Shown: positions 11,839 through 22,800 of the stretch, in pieces
How positions within the stretch are numbered: the stretch's first letter is position 1
Layout of the letters: each line of letters opens with the position of its first letter
NCBI GenBank assembly: GCA_030704615.1
Contig: CM060731.1
Coordinates: forward strand, 37,758,001 to 37,822,000
Origin: Takakia lepidozioides
Lineage: Eukaryota > Plantae > Bryophyta
Reading direction: 5' to 3'
DNA: 64,000 bases
Made by a program: the position numbers and the translations under genes
The notes under the pieces: model-generated
What the model was told of the DNA's origin: nothing
Databases searched by the model: none
The model's input: the letters and a program-made list of their open reading frames with translations, nothing else

Positions 11839-14273
11839 ATGCAATCTCAGGAGCTTGCATCTTACAGAGTGAAGTTTCTTCGAAGGAGCACTTCATTGTC
11901 CTTTCGAACTCAAGTTACTCTGCGGTATCCCACTGGTCGCATGTCTTCGACTCTAAGTTCGCCCGTGTCCACTCCCTTTCCTTGCCTCTCCTGGGCTGAC
12001 TTCGGCAATGTTCCATTCCTTGCAGGCGGAAGGAGAGCAGTATGCACATCCTCTGGTAGCGTTCTTCAGTGTCATTTTCAAGGTGACTTCTGCGTTCCTT
12101 GGACAAACGAAGTTGTGAGATTCGCTACTGAAAGCAGTGTTAGGTTGAATGTCGTATCATTACGTGTACGGCCCCGTGGTCCACTAACTTTGTGTCTGTT
12201 TCTTGGATTGCAGTTTTCTGCCATAGGATTTTATATCCTGTGCCCGTTCGTAGTCGACAACTTTGTCACCCAATTTGTCATCACGGTCTTTTTAGTGGCC
12301 CTTGATTTCTGGACTGTGAAGAATGTGAGTGGAAGAATACTTGTGGGGCTTCGATGGTGGAATGAGATCAGTGAGGAAGGTGAAAGCGTGTGGCACTTCG
12401 AATCTCTTGATCAGCAGGTGAGTTTTAGTTTCAAGGCTACCACTTCAGGTTCCTTTCTGTTCATCTGCAAATGCTGTCTTTTCGTCTTGCTCAGGTGTGC
12501 AGCACTAGAAAGTTTTGCTGGAATTTTGGGTTTGAACTCAATCACATCTTTCAATTCCTCATTTCATTGGAAGGCTCAAATTTCTGCGTTGAGTTGTTGT
12601 AGCCTTTGTAAGAAGAAGTCTTATGTTGGAGAATCACACAAAACCAAGTCAAATAAAGACAATTTTCTTAACACGTCTTGAGGATGTCCCAAAGAACTCA
12701 AGGCTTGGTTCATGTCTCTGAACATACAATCAACGCATTTTTACCAGCTAATTTTCTCTCCTCAAATTGTGTCATGGAGTCAGACAATGGCAACTGTCAA
12801 AATGGGGGTGAAATCAGTTTTACCACTTTCAACCTAGTTTTGAGTCCCAAGGACTTCCATAATTTTGAATCAGAATATGAAGGGTCTGAGATGTGTAATG
12901 CAGTTTTTGATGTGAGGGAATGGCATAAGTCTTTTGGTTCATAGCCAATGATGGTTTCACTTGATGATGAAGCTGGCGTTCACTTGATTATTTTGCAGTC
13001 TTTGGATTTGCTCAATAAGAAGGACTCATGGCTTTTCTGGTGGACCTTGTACCTCACAGTAAGTTCTGGCTTACTCATACTTCCCAAGCCGGTTGAGCTT
13101 ACACTTGTGCATGGAATTTTCTGCCCTTTATGGTAGGTGAAGTGCTTGGATGTTGTGAGATGTTTGTTATTATTGCACCTCAACAAAAATACCGGCTGAT
13201 GTGACGGCCATGTGTCCGAACTAAAAATAAATAGCACCAGTCTTTCACCTCTTGCCTCTTGTTCACCTGGCTCCTTCCTGCCCCTTTTCTTCCCTTGCCC
13301 TCGCAATTGGTGTCATCTTTCTCCTATTGGTGCGCAGCTTCACAGCAATTCTAGCACTGATTTAGAATCCACTCTGTAGCTGGTGATTTGACTGGATACA
13401 ATTTGTCTTGCAGCCTCTGGTATGGTTGGCGCTGGGTATTGTGGCTGCTACCAGGTTGAGTGTTGACTACGTTTTGGTAGTGGCAGTTGCTCTTGTTCTT
13501 AATGCAGCAAACATCATTGGCTTCACAAAGTGTCGGAAAGGTACGATGTCATCTATCAGTATATTCCTTTCCATACACACAATATCAATTTCTTGCTCTG
13601 GCATGTGACAGCTGCTGATCTTACTTCAAATTTTATCTTTCTCCTAGAACTGCTACTGCCATGTGAAAGGAGTTAACGTCTGTTGCTTGTACGTATATAC
13701 CCATAGTTGCATGTGATCTGTATGGTTGGCAGTTTGGTGGAAAGGGGGTTGATGGACTTGAGAGCAGATCTGTTATTGCTCTCAAGTCCATCTGTTACTG
13801 AAAGATAGCAGAGCCCAGCCATTGACCAAAGCAAAGCACAACTAGGAATGTCAAAGGTTGCTGACTCAATAACAGCACAAAGTAGCCGAAGTTAGCAGAT
13901 CTGTTGTTTCTCTCAAGTCCATCTGTTGCGAAAGATAACAGTAACAGATTCTGGCCTTCGGTATTAAGCTACTTTTTGCTGTTATTGAGGTCAACAACCT
14001 TTGACATTCCTAGTTGTGCCTTGCTTTGGTCAATGGCTGGGCCACTGTTGCCTATGTTTGCATCTGGGATCCTTACTTAGAAGTGTTGCAGTATGTGTTT
14101 GCCAGTATTGCAGATCAATTTTGCAAGTTAGATGGTCTCACAGTTGGCGAGAAGCTGTCTTACATGGGGTTTGTTTAACTATGACAGATGCCAAGAAGCA
14201 AATTCAGGCCTTCGCTTCACAAACAGTCACATCGCGCATGGCTAGCACCATTCAATCAGCCTTTGGTGTCTAA
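11839..14273 (+). CDS. ECH: Golgi membrane protein TVP23/ECHIDNA; exons 12026-12082, 12214-12417, 12999-13058, 13414-13540, 14188-14273; first coding exon uncertain
   Basis: YAHP..F...FK, ALDFWTVKNVSGRILVGLRWWNEI, NKKDSWLFWWTLY, ANIIGFTKCRKDAKKQIQAFASQT; all introns GT-AG and phase-compatible. Confidence 0.93.
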
Positions 14274-16548
14274 TTTTTGGTGTCCAAACTTGACATTGGC
14301 ACTGGTCGCACTGGGCTAGGACTGCCGGTGGGCATTTGACCACTTATTTTGTACTTAATCTATCTTCTAAAGGAAATGTTTGGTTGTTGGATATTGGTCT
14401 CCTTTGTGGGGGTCTCTTTTAGTTAAAATACTGGCAGTTCTCCTTTAGTTTATACATATGCTCAAGTGTTTGTGATCACTTACATGTACATTCTCAGTTC
14501 AGATGAACCTACAAATCACAATGCTTTGGTGCAACCTGTAATTCCCAGCAGCCCTTTTCGGCCACAACTTCAACTAGTTATAGTGAGGAGTTTGCCATAG
14601 GTTGATTGCCATTCAGTTTGTGACAGAGCCACTAACTGGAGGCACAGCATCCTCACTATGTGAAATCCCATTTCTGGAAGGGCCTTGCTCTGATTCATTC
14701 AAAGTCTCTCAAACCAATGAACTTGTGACAAATGTCTGTTATAGGTGCACTTTAAGTTCTTAGATGTCCCTGTTGCCTTACCCTTGCTGTACCAAAACAA
14801 GAAAAACTGACCCACTTTGATATGTTCCTACCATGCTGTATCTCTCAGAGAGGATCAAAGATATCTTTATTTTGTACCTTTTTCTGGGTCAATTAGACTT
14901 TTCTCACTATGGGATACCTACTAAATGTAAGGACTTCATACTAGTGGCAAAATAGGGGTGGATGTGGCAGGGGCTTCTCCAATCCTCTCCATTGGAGGCC
15001 TGAAAAGAGACCAAGTGATCTGTTGCTGCTGCCTTCCCCTCCCAGGACATGACAAGCAGGGCAAAATTGCAGCACATTACAGTGCTAGACACTATCTCAG
15101 CATTCCTGCAAGAACCAACAAACGTGCTGCTGCACATGTTGCAGATCTAAGCAGTTTTCAATTCTTGACATAATTTATTAGTGACTCCACAATCTCTTGG
15201 TCCAAACATCTACTTTTTTGAGTTTGATCTACTAATGCGCAGAGGCAGAAGGAGAAGAATTGGCTGTCCAACTAACTCACTGACAAATGAAACGTATGGG
15301 GCAAAGAACTCAGGTTTCTCAGTCTCTAGGTATAACAAACTCTGGTTTCCTCCAAAACATTCCTCAGCAATCTTGGCAGCAGTTGCAATCACACATACAT
15401 TATGTTGAGGGGTGCTTTGGAGAGAAGGCCAGCAAGGCCTGGAATATGAAATTCCAACTAGGACGAATCCTAACGGTGCTGCATAACAGGCTCCTAATGA
15501 GCCACTCCGTGTACAAACCACAGTGGATCCAGGATGTACACCAGTTTTTGGTTGTCACCCTCACATTAAGAACCATCAGACGCGTTTTAGTTGGGCTAAA
15601 ATAAGAGTTTACTGGGCTTGAACAACCAGTGTATGATGGAAACCAGGAGAGGTGAGATTTGTTCCCACGTACCTCTGGACTCTGGACGCAGGGGGGGAGG
15701 GGGGGATGGGGGGGGGGAAACGAGATTTGGATGAAAAACGGATTGAGGGAAGGATTTTGGATGAAACCTCTAATCTTCAATGTACGAGGTACATTGTGCG
15801 TCATCACAGGAAGAGTACACCTCCCGCTCGGCGAGACTGCCTGTTACTATGAGTGGAGGCCGGGTTCTAACCTGCGCCATCCCCCTCCTTTGCTGAAGGC
15901 AAATGGAGCACAGGCCAGGCCCCTCTATCCTCTCTGCTTTTTTTTTTCCATCTGGCTCTTGGACGATGCAGATGCAGTCAGGCTTTGACGTCCCGATTGC
16001 CCAGGACGCCCCGGTTCCACGGAACACAGCCATGACATTGACCCATCCTCCGAGCTCAGGCATCTATCTACCTCCCGGCTACTACCCTTTTATATTTGTC
16101 TACTGATGTTTGGGACCTTTTATAACACATTTACAAAAAAAGTCATGAATGTGCATCTTTAAGAAAAATTGGCCTCCATCAAGTTCAAGAACAGTGCAAG
16201 CAAGGAGCTGGTCCACCGCACTTTAATGGAGACAAACAAGGTACGGCTCCAAGAGCTCCTACGCCAGCATTTTGGGGTGCTTCAGTTCCTCACCCTGCCG
16301 TTTCTCCTGGTCGATCAACTGGAGACGTGCGACAACAATAGTCGAAATTAGCGATCAAATCGAGCTTGCCATCGAGATAGATTGATCATAAAGTATCGAG
16401 AAGGTTACGTATACAAAGACTTTGTTCTGGCAGTGAACTGCAAGGTAAAGTTCTAGCGTGAATTAATCTACGTGATGTATCCGTGGATGAGAATGAACGT
16501 CATCGGCATCTGAGCAACCGAGGAGCAGCTTAAAGGCCTTACCATATA

Positions 16549-17220
16549 CACTACAGGAAAAGGGGGGCCTTTGCGACGCCCGCGCCACGCCGTAGCGTCG
16601 GGAAAACGCCCTTTTCGAGCACGCGGGAGGCGCAGAATTTGCGACGCCCGGCCGTCGCCCTGCAGTCGCAAGGGCGTCGCCAAAATGACGTCGCAAAAAT
16701 GTGACGTATGGGGGTCGCGAGCCCCCCCCCAACTCCCGTGACTGCCGGATGTCGGTTTTCAGGCCGTGCGCGCCGATGGCAGGAGCCTCTTCGAGCGACG
16801 TCTCGCCGTCGCTGCCCTCCAGCCGACGGCGTTGGTGGGGGCGCCGGCGCGGCGTCGCATCCCTTTTTTTTTCTAACCTGCCCGGGAGTCAGCCGGGTGG
16901 TACGCCAAGCGACGCCCGTGCGTCGCTACCAGCGACTATTGGGCGTGGCACAAAAACAGCAGGAGTCGGTCTCTCCGCCACGCCCGGGCGTGGTTGTTGC
17001 GACGCTCCGGCGTCGCTTTGTTTTTAAATTTAATAAAAAAAAAGCGTGGCGCAGGCAGGGTGGCGGTCTCCGCAACGCCAGGGCGTCGCGGATTGCGACC
17101 CCCCGGACTAAAAAACACGTCGCAGGGGGTGTCGGGCATTGCCGCCCGCAAATGGGGTTTGCGACGCCCGCCGTCGCTTCTTGCGACCCCCGCCAAAAAA
17201 CACGTTGCCATTGGTGACGT
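16549..17220. repeat. Left CACTA TIR and subterminal repeat array
   Basis: Many GCGACGCC/GGCGTCGC motifs in both orientations following CACTA. Confidence 0.9.
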
Positions 17221-17501
17221 GATGCAGTCGTGAGGGCAGCTTGGTGGGGGGGGTTGGGGGTGAATTGGGGGTGGTTTTTTGTTTTTTTTTTTCCTGGTTT
17301 TGTATTTGGGGATAGGAGAACTTACAGTTCCATTTCTCTGAGTTAGCAGGTACACAATTGAGCAAGCATGAATCGAGGGTGAGGACGGTGCGACACATGA
17401 ATAAGATGGAAGATGGAAAGATGAAAATATATTTACAAGAAATGACCTGAAAAGCTCACAAAGGTTCAGTAGACTGACCCTTAGACCTACATGGACTAAG
17501 A

Positions 17502-17630
17502 CTAGTCATCCTCATCCTCATCCTCAATGGAGGACTCAGAGCTATCCGATGAGCCTGATGTCTCCGCGCCCTTTGCCAGAGCACGTAAATGAGGCGGCGT
17601 TCCCCTAAGTCCCACAGAGCTCTCATCCAG
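17502..17630 (-). pseudogene. 3' remnant of a second CACTA-borne gene, whose probable first exon lies at 32111-32130
   Basis: Open frame ending ...GAETSGSSDSSESSIEDEDEDD* here; ATG TCG CTC CAA CGC CCA AG|GTAAG on the same strand just beyond gypsy element A. Confidence 0.4.
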
Positions 17631-17631
17631 A

Positions 17632-18850
17632 GTCCATTGCACAGATTCCACGCCCCACGGATGTGAGCCGAGTTCGAGCTTTCATGGGGTTAGCAAACTA
17701 TTATAGATGGTTTGTTAAGGGATTTAGTGCCATTGCAAAGGCTCTAACCAAACTGACCAAGGTGGACCAGGAGTGGCAGTGGGAAGATGAACAAGAACAA
17801 GCTTTTCAAGAGCTCAAGGCAAGGTTGACCTTGGCGCCCATCTTGAGACGACCTATCAGGGGGCGTCCTTTTCAGCTGCATATGGATTGGAGCATGCTGG
17901 GGCTTGGAGCGGTGCTCACACAGGTGGATGATGAGGGAAGAGAGTTCGTAGTGGCTTATGCTAGCCACTCGAACAATGCTGCCGAGTCTAAGTATAGCTC
18001 ATATGAGAGAGAATGCTTAGCTGCAGTCTGGGCCGTGGCACACTTCAGGTGCTATCTATACGGCAATCTCTTCACCCTTGTCACGGATCACCAACCACTC
18101 AAGTGGTTGATGGAATCAGACAAGCTTACGGGGAAGCTTGCACGGTGGGCACTCATCCTTCAAGAATATGACTTTCAGGTTGTGCATCGACCGGGTTTGG
18201 TCAATCGCAATGCAGATGGGTTGAGTCGCAATCCACGCACGAGCCAACAGGATGACACTAGAGCTCAGTGGCATGGTGAGACGGACGAGGAGATGGTGCC
18301 CGGATGGCATGCATCTGCATTTCTGTGTATCTTGGCAGCGGAAGGCCAGGTTGGACCTACAACAGGGATGACTGTAGATCAAGTGTCTGAGGACCCTGAG
18401 GCCAACAATGAGCAAGGTGGCGCCAAAGATATACATGAGGATTCAGTTGTGTTGGAATACCTCCGCACTGCAGCCATTGCAGCCACTGTGACTGCCAAGG
18501 AGAGGGATCGGATCCTACAACGAGCCAAGAGGTTCAAGTGGGAGGGGACACACCTGCTCCGAGTGTGGGAGGATGGTCGAGTGAGGATTGTGCCTCACCC
18601 AACACAGCGGGCACGGTTAGTGCGGCATGCCCATGAGGAGTTGGGGCATTTTGGGATGCGACACACTCATAGTCTACTGCAGGGGCAGTATTGGTGGCGT
18701 GGTATGCATACAGAGGTGCAACAATTTGTGGCTAGGTGCATGGTCTGTGACAGGGTGCGTGCTTCATTCAACACCCCTACTCCACAATTGCATCCTCTTC
18801 CGATCATGGGATTGGGCTACAGGTGGAGTCTTGACTTCGCAGGGCCGTTG
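17632..18850 (+). pseudogene. Element A pol, part 1 (RT thumb, RNase H, integrase zinc finger)
   Basis: VRAFMGLANYYR, FQLHMDWS..GLGAVL, LVTDHQPL, ADGLSR, H-x4-H...C-x2-C. Confidence 0.92.
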
Positions 18851-19546
18851 TGTCGTGCGCATACATATCGCTACACAACTACATCGCTGTCCAAAACCAC
18901 ACAACACATGTGCACACCACACACTAGTATACCACTAGTCCACCACTAGTCCAGCCACTAGTCCAACCACTAGGCTACAAGTAGTCAGTCACTAGGCTGC
19001 CACTATGCTGCCCACTATGGCAGTCACTAGTCCACACAATGATAAAGATGAAGAATACAAGCACAAGCTCATGTTAGCTCACAAAGCTGAAGCATAAACT
19101 CATGCATATATAACCTCATCACTCAAATACAAGTCAAGCCAAGTGCACCCCACGCCATGGGGAATCCACACTACGGCGCCATAGCTAGGCGCGGTGAGGC
19201 TCAACTCGAGAAAGATGAGCCTCCCGCGCTTGCCGTGAAGATAACCACTCCAGGGCCTAAATCTGCCTTGACCCCTGGATTGACACTTGGGCCAATCCCA
19301 AATGTCAATATGTAAAAGCTAGCTATTTCTAGCTAGTTTCACACTAGTGATAAAATAACTTGACAGCTGTCGTGCGCATACATATCGCTACACAACTACA
19401 TCGCTGTCCAAAACCACACAACACATGTGCACACCACACACTAGTATATCACTAGTCCAGCCACTAGTCCAACCACTAGGCTACAACTAGTCAGTCACTA
19501 GGCTGCCACTATGCTGCCCACTATGGCAGTCACTAGTCCACACAAT
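18851..19546 (-). repeat. Element B 3' repeat block: Y1 19368-19546, GC 19366-19367, X2 19041-19365, Y2 18851-19040
   Basis: TGTCGTGCGCATACATATCG starts at both 18851 and 19368; X2 matches X1; purine tract AGGGGGCG (minus strand) abuts Y1. Confidence 0.93.
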
Positions 19547-19803
19547 CGCCCCCTAGCTGGTGCTTAGGTCCCTCTAAGTCCAGGTAGCCACAAGATGTGA
19601 TAGTGACCATAGCCTCACTAAGTCCTCCACCACTATCCCTACTACACTCAAACTCGATAGATCAAGAGGCCGGGTGCAAGAGTTGCCCCATCGTTAGTCG
19701 CCGTCTTGCAACCTGTGAACTTGAGCTTGGGATCTCATGTATTGACTCCTATGAGCTTGGCCTCCCATGTCTTGTTAGTTGCCTCCAGTCATGTCCACTG
19801 CCA

Positions 19804-22800
19804 CTATCCCAAGCAGTGTGGACACAACCAATCTCCGTCAGGAACCTTCTCAAGAGGTGGTGTCAAGCATCCCATATGCCAACCCCTTGAGCATCGATCA
19901 CACACCAGCATGGTGGCTGCCCCTTTGGCAGACCCACAGAGCATGCACCTCAAACCTGCAGGTACCACTGCAAGTTTGGGTCAACTCTGCCATCGACATT
20001 GGGAAGGTGACATGGCGCACAATTACGCACATGGTCCTTCCAAGTCATGCCATCCCGACCCTCCAAGATCAGGACCCCTGAGGGCAACACCTCTCGAACC
20101 CTCAGAATAACACGCCCTGCAGTAACATCCAGAGTCGTAGGAGCAGTCTGCTGCAAATAAACATAGTCACCAGGGCTAAACCTCCGAACCCCAGGACGAT
20201 ATCCTCCACCACGTATAGTGGCATACCTCAACGTATCACGGTGCTGTGCAATGGCAAGGTTCTCAAAAGCCATGGGCATGACTTTTAAACAACTCTGCAC
20301 GCTGATCACATGCACGTACCCACACGTCGTCCGGATCGTCAAGGTTAAGGACTTGAGCAGTGTCCCTACGAATGGCTGCAGGCAAATCCGGCTCTCGGCC
20401 AAAGAGAAGGAAATATGGTGAGAAGGAGGCAAGTGATGCTTGTTTGCTGAACCTGTAGCCCATGGCTAACAAGGAACCTGAAGATCCCAATCTCCTAGGT
20501 GTCCCTTCTGCAAGCCATACTTTGCAAACCCCTCTTCACCGTCTGAACAACTCTCTCTGCTAAGCCATCGGCCTCAGGATGATCCCGAGAAGTGGTGCGG
20601 TGGTCTATCAAGGCTTTATCACACAAAGCCTGAAACTCCCCCAAGAACTCTCTCCCTTGGTCCGTGAGTACCTCAGCTGGAGCACCAAATCGGCTAAGCA
20701 CACGATCCAAGAATGCATACGCAGCCCCCTCACTAGCCTTGTCAGGCAATGGAACCAACTCAATCCACTTGGAGAAGTGCTCCACCATCACCAACACATA
20801 TCTGTGGTGGCGCATAGTCAGTGGCAACGGTCCTGCGAAGTCAAGACTCCACCTGTAGCCCAATCCCATGATTGGTAAAGGATGCAACTGTGGTGTAGGG
20901 GCGTTGAATGAAGCACGCACCCTGTCACACACCATGCACCTAGCCACGAACTGTTGCACCTCTGTATGCATACCACGCCACCAATACTGCCCTTGCAGTA
21001 AACTGTGAGTGCGTCGCACTCCAAAATGCCCCAACTCCTCATGGGCATGCCGCACTAACCGTGCACGCTGTGTGGGGTGAGGCACAATCCTCACCCGACC
21101 ATCCTCCCACACTCGAAGTAGGTGTATCCCCTCCCACTTGAACCTCTTGGCTCGTTGCAGGATCCGATCCCTCTCCTGGCAGTCACAGGCTGCCGTGTCT
21201 CCCGTGCGGAGGTAGTCCAACACAGCCGAATCCTCATGTATATCTCTGGCACCACCTGGCTCATCACTAGCCTCAGGGTCCTCAGACACTCCGTCTACAG
21301 TCATCCCTGTTGTAGGTCCAACCTGACCTCCCGATGCCAAGATACACAAAAATGCAGATGCGTGCCATCCCGGCACCATCTCCTCGTCCGATGCCACCGA
21401 GCTCCAGTGTCATCCTGCTGGCTCATGCATGGATTGCGACTCAATCCATCCGCATCCCGATTGACCAAACCCGGTCGATGCACACCTGAAAGTCATACTC
21501 CTGGAGTATGAGTGCCCACCGTGCAAGCTTCCCCGTAAGCTTGTCTGACTCCATCAACCACTGCTGAAGTTGCCACGGCCCACACTGCAGCTAAGCACTC
21601 TCCCTCATATGAGCTGTACTTAGCCTCTGCAGCGTTGTTCGAGCGGCTAGCATAAGCCACTACGAACTCTCTTCCCTCATCATCCACCTGTGTGAGCACC
21701 GCTCCAAGCCCCAGCATGCTCCAATCCGTATGCAGCTGAAAGGGACGCCCCCTGATAGGTCGTCTCAGGATAGGCGCCGAGGTCAACCTCGCCTTGAGCT
21801 CTTGAAAAGCTTGTTCTTGCTCATCTTCCCACTGCCACTCCTGGTCCACCTTGGTCAGCTTGGTTAGAGCCTTTGCAATGGTACTAAATCCCTTGACAAA
21901 CCGTCTATAATAGTTTGCCAACCCATGAAAGCTCGAACTCGGCTCACATCCGTGGGGCGTGGAATTTGTGCAATGGCCTCTACCTTAGTCTGCTGTACCC
22001 CCAATCCTCCAGGATATATCATGTGACCCAGATACTCAATCTGGTTGTGGAAAAACTTGCACTTCCCCGGATGCAACTTCAATCCGTGCGCTCTCAAGCG
22101 CTCCAATACCACCTGAAGGTGTCTCTCATGCTCCTCCATCGTAACACTAAAGATGATGATGTCATCTATGTAGCACCGAGCAAAGTCCACCCCTGCTAGA
22201 ATCCTATCCATGACTCTCTGAAACTCTGCAGGAGCATTCTTAAGCCCAAATGGTAAGAACCGCCACTGATATAGGCAATCCTTGCCGTGCTCATTGATCC
22301 CCCAGAATGTCGTCTTCTGCTTGTCCGCCTCCTTGATTGGCAACTGGTGATATCCGGATCGTAAATCCAAAGTGCTAAAGACCTTAGCATGCCCGATGGC
22401 ATCAAAGATCTCCTCTGGTGTTGGCATGGCATACTTATCGGACTTGGTCTGACGATTTACAGGCCGGTAATCACCGCACATACGTCTCTCCGTCCAATTG
22501 CCATAGACATCCTTCTTGGCTGGCATCACTGTGGCTGAAGCATACTCTCCACCAGAGAGCTCCACCAACCTGCCTCCCAGAGATCTTGAGTCCTCATCTG
22601 AATCAAAGACCTCTCCATGTCACTGTATCTATAGGGTCTCCGAAAGATTGGCGTGTCAGTGGCCAACTCAATACGGATCTCTTGACCCTTCAGTGCTCCC
22701 AAGTCCTTCAAACTGAAGGCAAAGCAATTCCTGTAAGCCCTCAGGAACCGCCGTATACGTCGTCTCTCTCCTCCGGTGACAATGGGTCCAATGTCAGGCT

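Noticed and set aside
15180-16548. Gene-like short ORFs left of the CACTA
   Set aside because: No recognisable motifs and no convincing frame across the empty site
16700-17400. GC-rich ORFs at the CACTA ends (also 39740-40364)
   Set aside because: Artefacts of subterminal repeats
18851-19365. Treating X2+Y2 as a solo LTR or an ordinary 3' LTR
   Set aside because: The TSD flanks the whole 18851-30256 unit, the PPT precedes Y1 rather than X2, and element A has the same layout
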